From NCBI GenBank assembly GCA_964016885.1, contig OZ024740.1, positions 166,160,001-166,224,000 on the forward strand: a stretch of DNA of 64,000 bases, given 5' to 3'. The position numbers were made by a program, and so were the translations under genes. How positions within the stretch are numbered: the stretch's first letter is position 1; each line of letters opens with the position of its first letter. Below the pieces are notes generated by a model. That model was given only the letters and a program-made list of their open reading frames with translations, was not told the origin of the DNA and searched no databases. Source of the stretch: Eledone cirrhosa. Its lineage: Eukaryota. Positions 1 through 14,466 of the stretch are shown in pieces.

Positions 1-34
1 ATGTCTAAATGTATGTATGTATGTATGCTTGTAT

Positions 35-441
35 GAGAGATGACCCCTTAGCCTTTGTCAAGGCAGAATTCTAGGAGAAGGAAAACTCTGATATAACACC
101 TGCAACTCTGATGGTATCCAATGATGTTGACTTGTTCTTCTTTTTGGTAAATATCATCTTGTTTAAGAGAGTGGGACTGGCTTTGTGCAGTGCCTTTGCT
201 CACTATAAAAGCTTCACGGCACAGGCATTGCTTTATATCTGGAGATCTCTCTGTACCTGTCATCACATGGTACCATGGGCCCAGCACTGTATCAATAATT
301 GTCACAAGTGTAGTGTTTGTACCAGAGTTTTCAAGTCGCTGGCTGGACTAAAAAGTCACACTCGTTCAGCGGATCGGTAGGGGTTCTCCTACATGGATAT
401 AAAGTTGTGGCCGTACTCGAAAACGAGTTGGCAGCCACCAT
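35..441 (+). mobile_element. 5'-truncated copy of a non-autonomous bipartite RTE-derived element
   Basis: Near-identical to 38413-38821. Contains the RTE-like 5'UTR motif CTAGGAGAAGGAAAACTCTGA and a C-terminal C2H2-like relic CSVCTRVFKSLAGLKSHTR. Flanked by (TATG)n. Confidence 0.65.
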
Positions 442-504
442 TTATGAATGTATGCTTGCCCGTATGTATGTACATATGTATGTAAGTACGTATCTATGTA
501 CATA

Positions 505-930
505 GAGATCTTGGAACCCAAATTATATTGTGTCCGTGTGAACGGTTCGTTATATGCTGTTTCCGCACGGAGTGTAATGTTGAATGATATTGAAACTTGG
601 GCACTGGATGTAAAGTGTGTGAGATGGCTAGGAAGAAATGAAATGAAGCTAACAAGCTCTCTAAAACATAGTTGAGATCTGCAAACAACTAGGTATAATA
701 AAAAATTATATCTAGTGAGAAAGAAAGAAGACTCTGTTGGTACGGACACGTGATGTGTACGGTAGGTGTTGAAAAGGCCCGTGTTCGGCGGATTGGAAGG
801 AAACAACAGAAAAGAAAGAGTAAGAAAACCTGGACAGACATCCGAAATAATGTTCACAGAAAGTTGAACAACACAGAAAGAAAACTGTGGTGGAGAAGAC
901 TCATCGAATCTTAGCATGTATGGCAAGGCA
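505..930 (+). pseudogene. Degraded RTE-clade LINE fragment (post-RT/thumb region)
   Basis: Translations VNGSLYAVSARSVMLNDIETWAL..LGRNEM, WYGHVM and RKTWTD resemble RTE motifs LY.ACVRS.MLYGSETW / LRWYGHV / RPRKTW. Frameshifted. Confidence 0.55.
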
Positions 931-1096
931 ATAATTACAAATGTTGTTGATGATGCTTCTCTAACTATTGTTTATAGTCATCGACTTTTGTATCAGTAAT
1001 TTTCTGCGTTTGGGACTTTCACATTTTCAAATTTCAAATACTCCAAGCGTATCATGAAGCACAGTATATACATATATATATGTCTATGTATATATA

Positions 1097-1163
<67 letters not shown>

Positions 1164-1167
<4 letters not shown>

Positions 1168-2196
1168 GTAGAACACTGGAAGGTAATATCCGTAGTGGTA
1201 GAGCACTCAGCCCAAGGGACGAGTTAGCCCATACCGAGAACAATTGTTTCACCTTCGCGGATCTTCAGCTCGGGATGTGTGTGGTTATAGGAACAGGAAG
1301 GACAACCGTACGAACGCAGGCTCTTCATACAGGCAATACTAGACTGCATGCGGGGGTATGTGTGTAAGGGAGATATCTGCGAAAGTCCGGAAAGTTTTTT
1401 TGTTGAAAATAAAATAAAAAAATAAAATTACAAAGAATCAGTCCGGAGCCTTGTAGTTATGCAATAGATGTTTGGTGACGTGTGGACAACGTGTGAAAAA
1501 TTCACTTCTCGTGTTTAGGCAATCACTATTGCGTAATCTCTTTAGGATAGTTATTCGTTCGTCAATACATAAGCCACACGTCGGATTTCCTCTTGCGTAT
1601 GGCTTGGACATAGTGATGGCTTTCCATTGAATGGAGTACCTATAGTTGAGTCTTTGAGGGACCATACGTGGCTCGCGAGTTTCGTGGACGAACGTCTGTC
1701 CGGGTATCTGAAGTTAGACTGGTGGTTCAGGAAACGCTCCTTGAATCGGCCCTCCGCCATACCCGCATAGGATTTGACCTCCTGTGGTTCGTTTGGTCGG
1801 TTGGAAGTGACCACAGCTTGATAGATTGCAGCTTGTGTGTTGCATTGTTGTTGAAGGAGGCAAGCTTCGGGCTTACCGCAAGAGGACCCTGGTGGGGTGT
1901 TGCTCCTAGGGCTGCTGGTGATGTGGGCCTTCATGCTCTTAGCGCAGGAGTATCCTAGTTTAACTTTGTGTCGGTTAAAGATGGAGCGGTATTTATGATC
2001 TATGTGGAAGTATATATCTAAGAGCGCTAGAAATTGTTTTCCTACATTGGTTTTAACGTTGAGTGTGAAGGGAGGAGAGGACCAGATAGTTTGTCTATTG
2101 ATGCGCTTACTTTTCTTAATGGTGTTGTTGCTAGTGGGAGGGTAGGTGATAGGTTGTGAGAAGCCGTTGTTAGCCAACGCCGTGTTACAGTTGGTG

Positions 2197-2198
<2 letters not shown>
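1164..2198 (-). mobile_element. 5'-truncated Penelope-like element (GIY-YIG end, 3'UTR, pLTR)
   Basis: ORFs 1551-2177 and 1438-1665: WSSPPFTLNVKTNVGK, IYQA..SYAGM..FKERFLNH (GIY-YIG), CGLCIDE..LNTRSE..CPH. (TA)n on both sides. Confidence 0.9.
1234..1273 (-). ncRNA. Minimal type I hammerhead ribozyme
   Basis: Minus strand CCGAG-CUGAAGA-UCC GCGAA GGU-GAAAC AAUU GUU/CUCGG. 5-bp stem I, palindromic stem III. Confidence 0.85.
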
Positions 2199-2293
<95 letters not shown>

Positions 2294-2570
2294 TGCTCTG
2301 GCATAGCGATGTATATATGAATGTATGTATAGTATATCTAATAATATACTCTATGTTTATTTAAAAACATTTTGAAGACCATTCGCTATGGAATGTTAAG
2401 TACTGACTGCGTCACGTACTTAGTCTTGGCAAAAGCAGAGGGGGAGTAATCGGCGGTAGTACCGTTTCTCACATGTAAGTGGTTGTCAATACTACACACC
2501 CCTTCGCTCCTGCCGAGAATTATAGAAGCTGGATCCTCATAGGATTCCAGTTATGTTTACGAGCTGATTA

Positions 2571-2637
<67 letters not shown>

Positions 2638-3383
2638 TGTGTGTATATGCGTGTATATATATATTTATATATATATATATATATATAAATGTATATAACA
2701 TATATTTATATAAATTTCAAAAGGTGTTCCACCTGACTGAGATCATGCAAAATGAATTAAACAAGGTTGATGAAGACAACGGAAAAAAGGACGAAACACA
2801 GAACAGTCCGCTCTCATCAATCGACCGCTGGAGGTCGTCGTCATTTCGGTTCTGTAAAGTCGATATCATTTGCTCCAATGCACACAGGAAAGTATTAGAC
2901 ACAAAACAAAGCGATTTATCTTCCTACTATTTACAAATAAAATAGAATTTGCTATACCAATGCGATGCATCTGCAAAGAAGCGATAGAAACAAAGCCTAA
3001 CATATTAGCCAAGAAGAGAAAATATGTATGTGTACATGTACGTACGTATGTATGTATGTACGTATTTACATATGTATGTATATATGTTTGTATGTATGTT
3101 TACAACAGCAGTTTTATCTGTACAACAGCATTTAAATTTACTAAAATTATGACTATTAATAATAGGTTTTAGCCTTTTAAACATTATTTTATACCTTTGC
3201 GGAATAGAAAACAACAAAAGACAATCATTCCTACTTGATTATACAACCGTAATGTATTAGAGACATCGATGGATAATTTTAGAAAATCTAAACGACTATT
3301 CTTAAAAAATATCATCTTTAATTGAAAAGGAAATTCTTGAAGCACAGTAACGATTTTTAATTAAAATGTTTATATATTATATT

Positions 3384-3490
3384 TACAGGGTGTCCCCAAA
3401 AATGTATACACATTTTTATTAGAATGCAGATGTTTATATATATGTATATATATATGTGTGTGTACAGGGTATCCCAAAAATATGCATTCT
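3384..3490 (+). mobile_element. Two Tc1/mariner-like TIR fragments
   Basis: TA-CAGGGTGTCCCCAAAAATG at 3384 and TA-CAGGGTATCCCAAAAAT at 3462. No partner TIR seen. Confidence 0.3.
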
Positions 3491-3639
3491 AATAAACAGC
3501 ATTCTAATAAAAACGTGTATACAAACAAATACAACAACGACAAAAATAACGCTGCTCCAGTCTTTTCACAAAGACACAATTACAACAACAACAACAAAAG
3601 AGGGAACTGCAACCCTATCCAATGGTGTAACCACAAATC

Positions 3640-6600
3640 CAATCAAAAATTGCTTTCTGAACACAAAAAAAATCTTTCTTTTTTAGCCATGAACCTGGCA
3701 AAAGAGATGGAGAAAAACCTTTTAGCCATCACCCAACACAATCCTTGCTGTCACTAACACACAATCACAAAACAAGTCCCCTGCAACAGTCAAAACCAGC
3801 TACTACACTAGCCTCCACATTTTTACTCAATACACAAGGTATCAGCCCATCCATCAATGCACAAACATAGAAGATCCAATTCATTGAGGATTGGGTTGGT
3901 AACCATCCATTTCACATCCCCTTCTTCATTCTTACTGAGACCCACCTTGACAACTCCCACTTGGAGGCCGAAGTAAGAGTGAGAAATTTCACAACCATCC
4001 GTGCAGATCGTGTTGGCAGAAGGAGGGGTGGAACTGCCATTTTCCTGCATGATTCCTTTACGGCAGATGGCAACACAACATTCTCTAATGGATACTGTGA
4101 ATCTGTCACTGTGCACAATAAGGCCAATGACCTGACATTAGTTGGGCTCTATAGGCCACCACAAACACCCATAATCTGCTTCAAAGAATGCCTCAACAGT
4201 ATTAAATGCTTTATTAAACAGTGCCATTCTAGTAACATACTTTTGAAGGGAGACTTTAATGTAGTTTGAAACCACTGACAAAGAGGCTGTCGAGTCATTT
4301 CTTGACTTCATGAATGAGTTTTTCTTGTCCCAACTTGTCCTTGCACCAACAAGGCATCAGAACATTCTGGATCTAGTGTTTAGTAACCACACTAACACTA
4401 TATATAATATTACAGTGGAAAAAAGACTTCTCTCAGGCCATGGTTCTTTGTAACCTGAGATTCCACCAGCCGAAAGCCAATCCCAGGGTCCTCTCTCCAG
4501 CCCACCCATTTGATAACATGGATCTCTACAATGCATACTGGGATGCAATTATGAACGAACTATCACATGTCGACTGGTCTTTTACACACGCACACACTTC
4601 TACCAACATCAAAACATCTAGGCAGATCTTTTTAGCCACTGTCACAAATATATGTACAAAACACACCCCACCAAAACCTTGAACAAAACCAAGTGCAGTA
4701 TCCCCTAAAACAGAAAAGCAATTATCAGAAAAATAAAAAGAACAAACAAAAAATTTAACACACTAAAATACTGCCAACAGCAACACGCACATTCAATGGC
4801 TATCACCCTGCTTGAGTAAAACAAATATAACCTCCAGCAATGCATGATGACCACCATCAATAACCAGAGAATAGCTGAAGAGAGGTGGGCCATGGAGAAA
4901 ATCAAACTCAACCCCAAAGTGTTCTTTTCATTTGCTAAAAAACACAAGGTCACCGTCTCCACTGTTGGCCCCCTAGTTGATGAAAATGGCACAATACCAA
5001 AATCATGGGCGAGATACTGCAGAAACAATATTGATCTGTTTTCAGCAATCCTGATATGGCCGATCTGGGCCGTATCAGTGATGTTAATCCCCAACACACT
5101 ATATCAGACACAACGTTTGGCGCCCCTGATGTCTTAGCGGCAATAAACGAAATTAAACACAATTCAACAGTAGGCACTGACAGGTTCCCTGCTTGTGTCC
5201 TGAAGGTGTGTCGACACCAACTTGCATCTCATCTAGCTAATCCGTGGAGGAACTCACTGGACACTGGCTATATTCCTGAAAACTTTCTGTCCCAGTCCGT
5301 TGTCCCAGTCTTCAAAAAGGGAAATAAGTCCCTTGCAGTGAACTACCGTCCGATCTCATTCACCTCTCATATCATCAAGGTATTTGAGAGGCTGGTGAGA
5401 TCACGAATAACCTACTTTCTTGAAAGCAACAGCCTGCTGAACTCCAACCAACATGGGTTCCGTAATGGAAGGGACTGCCTAACGCAGCTCCTGCATCACT
5501 TTAACGATGTTTTGAGAGCCTTGGGTGAGGGCTCCAACACTGATGTCATCTACCTTGACTTCAGAAAGGCCTTCGAAAGTGTTGATCATAAGATTCTACT
5601 GAAAAAAACTATGCAATGTTGGTGTCTCTGGAAGGTTACTACAGTGGATCAAATGTTTCCTGACAGGAAGAACCCAGCATGTTGTAGTCGAAGGGGTAAA
5701 ATCAAGCCCTGCCAAGTCAGCAGTGGCGTCCCACAAGGCACTGTGTTGGGCCTACTTCTTTTCATCATCTACATTAATGACATTACTGACATCATCAAGC
5801 ACAGCAACATCAGAATCTTCGCAGACGATTCCAAGCTCCAAAGGGTCATCAATGAGGTGGGTGACCGGACTTGCCTTCAGTCAGACCTACTGGCTGTTAT
5901 CCAATGGGCAGAAAAGAATAATATGCTGTTGAATTAATCCACTTTGGAAAAAAGGATGCCCTGGAACTACCATACTCTCTTCCTTCGGGTGAAACTCTAG
6001 TTGCATCCAATAACATCAGAGACCTGGGAGTAATTGTGGACCACAACATAAGCTGGGCTACTCATATAAACAGCAAAATTGATATGGCCCGCAGAATGTG
6101 TTCCTGGATTCTTAGAACTTTCCAGTCGAGATATATCCACAGTTATCCTTCTCTTCTCCACTTTTGCCCGACCCACCTTGAATACTGTTGTCCACTGTGG
6201 TCACCCCACACGAAACAAAGTATCATGAAAGTTGAAGCACCCCAAAAGTCAATTACAAAAAAGATAGATGGCATGACAGGCCTTGACTATTGGAGTCGAT
6301 TAGAAAAGCTCAACCTTTATTCTCTCCAACGTCGCCGTGAACGCTACATTATCTGTATGATGTGGAAAATATTCCATCAGCTTTGCCCAAATGATGTTGG
6401 CATCACCTTTAGTGTACACCCAAGGCTTGGGCCCCATGCTATCCGCCCACGACAAAAATCTCACTCGCATCACATAACAACATTACGCACAATTATTTCA
6501 CCTCAATTGGCCCTGCACTCTTTAACATTACAGCAGGACACATCAAAGCAGAGACAGACCTCATCAAGTTCAAGAAGTCTTTGGAAAAATTCCTTCAAGA

Positions 6601-6768
6601 AATCCCGGATAAGCCTCCTACACCCGGATATGCCTCCGTAAACAATAACTCTCTGCTCGAGTGGGCCATGGTGCCTAAACACTGATTTGTAAGACTTCGC
6701 CAGGTGGTACTATTAAGTTGGACATGGCCTGGGCCAATACTGGCCGAAACCTATCAAAGTTATCAAAG

Positions 6769-6770
<2 letters not shown>
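3640..6770 (+). mobile_element. Decayed CR1-group LINE (APE endonuclease + RT, multiple stops/frameshifts)
   Basis: EN motifs LTETHL, RADR..RRGGTAIF, LYRPP, GDFN, ILDLVF. RT motifs NYRPIS, QHGFR, YLDFRKAF, GVPQG, FADD. C-terminal LEYCCPLWSP, SLQRRRER. 3' end has (TATCAAAG)2. 5' boundary uncertain. Confidence 0.92.
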
Positions 6771-6818
<48 letters not shown>

Positions 6819-7537
6819 CGCCAAACATGTTTATACCCTATAAACTTCGGCTGGAGTATATGTCACTTTTATTTTAAAATGTTGGCATACAATTCAGATT
6901 CAATTATCACTGAATAGTAACATGATTTTAACTCGATAGTTCGGATACAATACCTATATAGGTAAGGATTCATTAAAAAGTATCTGAACAAATTTTTCGA
7001 GAGGTGCTACCTGTATATCAAAGAAAAAAAAGAATGTAAAAATAAATAAAAGAAAAGAAATTTATCAATTGAAGGACGGACGGCTGTAACATTCTACACG
7101 ACTCTAAAACTAATGCATCCGAAATACACATGATGAAGTTCTCGGAGGCGGATATGTTTGTGTAGGTTGTATACAGAGAGGCAAAAAGTGGTAGAATCAT
7201 TGAACCTTGGATAGAATGTTTTGCTGTATTTGCCTCGACTCGCTGCATTCACCAAATTGAAATCCCGACGATGTCAACTTTACCTTTCAACCTTTCGAGA
7301 TCATTAATAGAGTACCAATTGAGTACTCGGGTCGATTCTTCCTATATCACTCTGTGTTGCCTTCACTTGAAGAAATCGGTTGTATTCAGACTTGAAGAGG
7401 GGATAGACTCCAGAGGATTTTAATCTTTTTTTCTAAAAAAAACGCCGTATGTCACTACGATGATCATTGAGCTCCACCAGGAGTTATGGGTTCATATAAA
7501 GAACCACAGGTGACAGAGTCGTCTGAACGTTGAATAT

Positions 7538-7725
7538 AATAATTGTTTCTACTTTTGGCACAAAGCCAGAAATTATCCCAATGTATTACTGGTACTTTAT
7601 TTTATCGACCCCGTAAGGATGAAAGGCAAAGTTAATCTCGGTGTGATTTGAACACAGACCATAAAGGGCAGTAACTCTGTGCTGCAAAGCATGGCGTCCG
7701 ACCTTCTGACGATACTGCCAATCCA
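7538..7725 (-). mobile_element. tRNA-derived SINE
   Basis: Reverse strand has A box TGGCAGTATCG, B box GTTCAAATC and a conserved central domain TTTGCCTTTCATCCTTACGGGGTCGATAAAATAAAGTACCAG (Meta/Mesc-like). At least 9 copies in the window. Confidence 0.85.
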
Positions 7726-7756
7726 ATAATGATTTCCAAACATTCATTATTATACT

Positions 7757-7949
7757 AATAATTGTTTATACTTTTGGCACAAGGCCAGAAATTACTCAGT
7801 GTATTACTGGTACTTTATTTTATCGACCCCATAAGGATGAAAGGCAAAGTTAACCTCGGCGGGGTTTGAACTCAGAATGGAAAGGGCCGTAACTCTATGC
7901 GTCAAAGCGTGGCGTCCGACCCTCTACCGATACTGCCAATCCACCGCCC
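7757..7949 (-). mobile_element. tRNA-derived SINE (tandem second copy)
   Basis: Same family. A box TGGCAGTATCGG, B box GAGTTCAAACC. Confidence 0.88.
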
Positions 7950-7951
7950 TT

Positions 7952-8118
7952 ATTTGAACTCGTAACATAATGATTCAGAACAAATACCAAGAATTTTTGT
8001 CCTAAGTTCTGACAACTATTGTTATTATTATTATTATACTAATAATAACAAAAGTTGTCAGAACTTAGGACAACGTTTCTTGGTATTTGTTGTGAATCAC
8101 TATGTTACGAGTTCAAAT
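7952..8118. repeat. Inverted repeat (about 80-bp arms) of a degenerate SINE head
   Basis: ATTTGAACTCGTAACATA..TTGTTATTATTA pairs with TAATAATAACAA..TATGTTACGAGTTCAAAT. Confidence 0.8.
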
Positions 8119-11100
8119 TCCACCAAGATCAGCTTTGACATTCATCTTTCGAAGATTGATCAAATATAATATCAGACGAGAGTTCTGTCTGCCGTAAGTT
8201 TGCAAGCGCTAAATATCCCTTGCCGTAATTGTTTCAGCAAACCCCAATATAGCATACATGGGTGATAGACTGAATCTGTCGCCAAGATTAACATCGCTGT
8301 GCACTTGGGTGCCTTTCGCGGAGTGTAGTCTGTAACAACTTTTCTGGTTAGGTCTGCGATTCAAGTATTCCTTCCTTTCTCCAGGTTAGGATGGCAGCAA
8401 AAATACACAACATAAATAAAAAGTGCTACTTTTAAGAATAATAGGCTAGAATTACAATATGTCTTACTTTGATATACTATTAAATAGCTGGGGAAATTGA
8501 AGAAAATTCATATTGTTATAAAGATCTCCGCTAATCATATTGTGAATAGATTACAGAGACGTTGCGTAGTATTTTATTCTACCTTATCTAAAAATATCAA
8601 GTAAGATATGATACGACAAGCCATATAGAGCTATATCGATAGCATTCAAGCTAATGCTCTATACCTTTCACATATATATCCTTACAAACGTACACAATCA
8701 TTTTTTATAGAATAAGTTTTACTATTTGGCGAGTAACATCTACTCAAATTTCAGGCTGGAACTGAGATGTGCTAACTCATCATTCTTATCATATATCCCT
8801 TTACTCTAACGAAACATGGTCTTCTTATTAAGTATCTAGTCATATTTCTTAATACAAAGCAAAGAGATAAACGTCTTTTCAAGTTCATCTTTCTCCTTTT
8901 CTATGTTGTATCAACAGAAAGGAATACCCAGTTTTGACCTAGGTTAGATTTTATAAAGCTAAACAAAAGCATTTTACTGGAAATAAGTTTATCATTTTCC
9001 TCGGATGCAGTATATAATGTTACTCCATTTCACAAAATGATAGAGGTTGAATGCAGGTGAAAGAAAAAAATATTTAAAGACATGACATGAATTACAAAAA
9101 GTAGATTTCGCGAATGTTGCGATAACTAAACAAATTTGATACTCATGACATGAAAATGTATAAGTATTTTATGGAATCATATCATAGGAGGTTTGGCATA
9201 TTTGATTATCTTCGATGTTTACAAAATGTTATAATATTGAACTCATTTTTGAAATCTATAAAAATGTGTGAATAATTAGTCATAAAATAAGAAGGATACA
9301 TAGTATAATGTAATTATATATCTGATCAAAAGACTGGATTTTCCTAGCGGAAATATGTTTCATCATTTAGCGCTATATAATTTAAGCAGGGGTGAGCTAA
9401 ACTAGCTACACGATCTGTAGGAGCCTCAACATAATGAAAAGTATATATATATAGTTAAGTTTTGTGAGATTGCTTTAATGTATTTTTAACATGTTTATCA
9501 CAAGTTTTTAACCCCAACAAATCTAAATCTGGCGTGGGATCTAGTTATTTACGTTCTTACTGACTTACGTATTTACTGACTTACAACTACAAAAAAAAAA
9601 AAAAAAATGGTTGTGACATTAAACCCCCTGGGAGGGATATGAAAACTACAATCGCCCCAGTATAGTAGGAATAATGGATGAAAAAAAAAACATGTTACGC
9701 GTCCGAAAATGACATTCTTCTGTTTCTTATATTATTAGTCTGTCAACCTTTTCAAAAATCATTTCTTATAAACCTTATTGTAAGAGATGAAATATCTTAG
9801 CAAGTTAATACGTTGTCACTCGTGCAAATATGATTTGTCTTTAACTGACATACACATATATTAATCCCTCGCCAAATACAAATTTAGAATTTGAATATAA
9901 ATAGCTCAGCCAATATAGATTTATCATATGTATCATATAAATATTAACTATGAATTCTATGTAGAGTTAAATTTAAATTCACTTATTGGGAAAACCAGCA
10001 GATTCGCTCGATCAACATGCTAGAAATAGCAACCAAGTCTGTTTAACATCACACCTTCCTGTGTTAAATAAGAAAATGGCATATTAAATAATGTAGTCAT
10101 CAATCTAAAAAGGAAGTCGGGTGGTCATAGATAGCATTGCTTATAATTATATTACTTTGGCATCGACCGGAAATCAAATAATAGCAGCAACAACAGTCTG
10201 CTCCGGGCAGACGTTCATATCCAGAGAGTGAGGGATTCAATATCAACCAACATCGTAACTACTATGAAGTCTAGGACAAGCTCCAGCGTTCTTTCTCATA
10301 TTAGACTCAATAATCTTTCTCGCAAAACACCCGATACAAATATATGCTCCATAGAGCACCTCAGATATTATTTTCTACAAAATATACGTTGAGCTCACTT
10401 ACTATGACGTCTCATAAAGTGTGTTGAGAAATGTTACCCCCACCTACATCCTTTACGGGTGTTTGTACTTTAAAAACAACAAACACATAGAGATAACATC
10501 AATAACGTTACACACGCAACATTTCTGGGAAATATAGATGATACATAACTCTCCTAAACAAATCTTGTTCAACTAAGTAGGACGGTGTTAGACATTATCA
10601 GCATATAATTATAGAGGGAATTTATTGACGCTGATTATTCTTCTCAACAATAGGACACAGTAAAATACCCCAGAGGAAAGTTCTACAAACTTTATACTTT
10701 ATATAATGTTGTCTTTTAATTGCAAGGGACATATCAGTTAATCGAACTTCTTCATATGTGAGACTACTATATGCGTTTATCTAGTAAGCCAAATGCATAT
10801 TTTCCCTTATATCTATTGTTGATATCTGTTGATTGAATCGTCAACAAATAGAATGAAGCCAATACATATGCCCCATTTTATCTTTATAAATGTTTTTATA
10901 ATTGCAGAAAATAGAGAATTAATTTCCTTTGCTAAAGTGATGTTTCCGCATCCGTTATAAAGGAGTTAACAAAACGTACACCTCCTGTGTAACATGTATG
11001 TAGTTTGGATGGCTATCTTCCTTTTACTTGAGATAATGTCATAATAAGTATTAAAGTCTTCTTTCTGTTTCTTCTATGGTTCTATTATCCATTCTTTTTT

Positions 11101-12949
11101 GTTTTATCTTTCATTTTTCCTTCCCGCATCCTGATGCCATCATAGAGTTATGGCAGGAAATGCCACTCTTTTTCTTGACAATGATGCCATCGAAATGATC
11201 TGCATCTCAATGTTCTATTATAATTATTATAAATAATGTTGACAGATACAAGTGACAGTTTCTGCTCAGTTACATTTAAATTAAATAATTTTTCGCTAAA
11301 AGACTAATCTAACCTAAAATCAATTATTTCTTCAGCAATACCAATATATACTTATGCTATGATAGTTAATATTATTTCTGGGTGTTGTTGTTGGGATTTA
11401 ACTCAAGATTTCACCACACTAACAATTCCGTCTCTGTTTTAATATACTGCGCAAAGGAACACAATATCCAATATCTTATCTTTTGAGATAGTAGGGTATA
11501 ATTTTAGTGAGACTTGGCTACCAATTTTAGTAGGTTGAATGATTACGTAGAGATTGATTCCTTCGAGTTGAGGAAACGAGTCATAGAGGGAGCCTCTATG
11601 TAGGCCCTTAAATTGCGGAGCTTACTTGTCTTGGCTGGAGCTGGTATGCTGTTAGGTATTTCATTACGCGGGTTTGATATAAAAAGTTTAGTGTGCAGAG
11701 TCTGTGCAGAGTGTGTGCAGCGTGCGTGAAGTTTATGTATATATTGATAAATGGATGGATAGGCCGTAGATCCCCATGAGTTCCTTCAGCTTTGATGGAT
11801 TTTGTTATTCATTCCGCAGTTTGTCCAACAATCCTCCTCCTTTTCAAGCTAGTTAGTCGCATTGTGTTACAGGCTTAGTGTCTGACAACCCAACCATGCA
11901 CATATTATATTGTGTTAGAAGTTACCAGTAGCGCTCAAGAGTGACCGGGCATAAAGTAAAAAATGAGAGAAGTTATGAGAAAGGACATTGGCTTAGGAAG
12001 TCCCTCGTCGAGGGAAGCTTGCTTTAATGGAAAATACGAAATTGTAAATCCCGCATAGAACATGAACAATTACAGAGGTGACTGCTTGAGGAACTGCATA
12101 AGGATCTGTGTAAGGATGAACATGACTGTAGACGGTTTATCCCAGGAAAGCTGGTCTTGGAAAATAGCAGAGAAGCTGTGTACAAACTATTTTTGTCGAT
12201 TATGATCTGTTTGGCATTTCTTCCTATAAGGAGTATAGAAAGCAATGTGGCTCGGTCGGTTCACCAAAACAAATCAGAGAACCAAAGTAGGAGCTAATGC
12301 AGAAATAAATGTAAGTCGTTGCCAAGGCTAAAAAAGTAATGTTTGTGCCAAATGTGAAAAGCATTAAGTAATAGCAATTCTCGAAATCAAGATGCAGCCA
12401 TCATGTATGGATAGATGGTTGGATGGATGAATGTATCAGTTTCCCAAACATTTATATCATATATTTCAACAGTGCTCACATTACAGTCAATCAAAACTTA
12501 TATGCTGAAAATGATTTGTGAAGGATTGACCGTATGTGGTGTTCATTATATGGTTTTACATATCCGATTCATTATCAGTAAGCAATCGCCCTGTTCGACC
12601 ATATGATGTGAGTTTTATTTCTTTTATTAAAAGGTAAGGGCACTAAAATATGACGATAGAAACATAATTACGAATTAAGCCTATAATCAAGGACAAGGAG
12701 TTACGACTTCGTACTTTAACCAGCAAAATTAATTTAATTCAAATTGAAATATAAATCTAGCGCATTACTTATGGCACATTTTCGATACAAGTTAGATGTT
12801 TCTTATAAAAGCATGTTAATTATGAATAGAATTTCAAAGCTGTCTTAAAATTCTATAAAAACAATTCAGATAATTGCCATTGGACAACTCGACAACCAGC
12901 AAATATGGAATTAAAAGCAATTAATCTTGATGTTTGTCCGCGCGCCTGT

Positions 12950-13730
12950 CAAAACACGTCATTGCGAAAATTGCCTGATTTTGTTAATTGCTGTAATGAC
13001 GTATTGCAATAAGCGATGCAAGTGTTGACTAGGTATTTTTGCAAAAAAGATTTAACGATCTATCATGCAATGCACTGTAAATACATTCGACGCCGATATA
13101 TTTATACTGGGCAAATAATTTACTGAGGCATCCCACCAATTACGAAACTCTATTAATTGCAACTGTCATTACTCTTGTAAGACGAATAATCTTGTTTTAT
13201 AAAGAACTCTACAATAAAAAGAAATATTAACTTTCCTTTAGTATTTGTAACTACATAGTGTGAAATTATTAGGTACTGTATTATTTTTCTGATTTTATAA
13301 ACTTAACGTAAGCTAAAAGATAATACTGCATTCTAGAGTAGAGTTGATTAATTTATTTGGGCAAAGCCTTGCATAATGCGCCTTTTACAATCTCGTGTAT
13401 TTCAGCAATTTGTCATTATATTGTTCTTCAAAGTAATTTTAATGATGTTGTCAGTAGCTGGCTTGGTTTTTTTTTCATCAATTCCTTCACAATAGTATGT
13501 GGTTTTCTGGATTGGACAATCAGTGATTTGAATTTTGCATAACGTATGCCATCCGCCATGTTCTTGCATTTACCGCGTTTGTTTATAAAATTTGTTTTGA
13601 TGTGCTTCAAAATAAGATAAATCGTTGTTTTTCCTGTCAGTATGAAGTGTTTCAATTGTTCTTCTAATCTAAGAGGTTTCATAGATTCACTGTTGAACAC
13701 TTTTTGCCAAATCAGATGTAATGCGATTAT
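12950..13730 (-). pseudogene. hAT (Charlie/Buster-like) transposase relic
   Basis: NSESMKPLRLEEQLKH (zf-BED-adjacent ESMKPSKLKRH-like), RKPHTIVKEL, and VHCMIDR near 13060 (THCxIHR-like CxxH motif). Confidence 0.65.
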
Positions 13731-14466
13731 TTTAAATATTTGAAAGTACTGGCGAAATTGTTTCCTTCCTTTATGGATATATACAAAAATGTTTATAGAG
13801 ATGTATATTATAATGCATAATATTATTTAAACTATTGCTCATTAAATAACATCACATTATCACTGCTCATAACGCAGGTGACAGTTTTACGAGTGACTCC
13901 TAATTTTTTAGCAACATTTATGTTGGTACTTATAGAATCGTGCATCAAACAAGTTCAATGGAAGAAATTCGCTTGTATTTTTCATTTAGAGCTGGGTGAA
14001 TTGAGCTAGCAAGTGTTGCGCGCCTTGCTATTTTAGGGGAATATGTATCTTCCACAGATATTTCCTAGTTTTTCTGGACATATCACTATATCTTACCTCT
14101 TTCGTTTACATTACTCTCCTTAAAATGTCTTTCTGTGTCAATAAAGTATACACAAGTCCGGGATGGTTGTGGACTAGTGGAATAGTTAGAGGGCCTTGTG
14201 GTATCTGATCTAGTTCTTTGCACGGATGTCAACTTTGCTTTTCAATCTCTTCATAATAGAGTCACAGTCAAGTACTTGGCTGGATTCACCTCCCTCGTTT
14301 TTCTTTCGCACACACTCTTAGAATCCTCTACACTGTGCCATTGGTATTACCATAAGGGTACCACTTTCACCAGAAATATGGAAGAGCTAAGCGAGAAGCT
14401 GACAAGACTTCCCAATAGAAAAAAATGCGACTGAACATCAAAGAAAAGTAATAAATAAATACATAT

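Noticed and set aside
48-305. 85-aa ORF repeated at 38426-38665
   Set aside because: Antisense frame of the RTE-derived repeat, with no independent coding evidence.
2637-2945. ORF or HHR-like TTGATGA..GGACGAAAC segment
   Set aside because: No consistent stems and no recognisable protein. Cannot support either a ribozyme or an exon.
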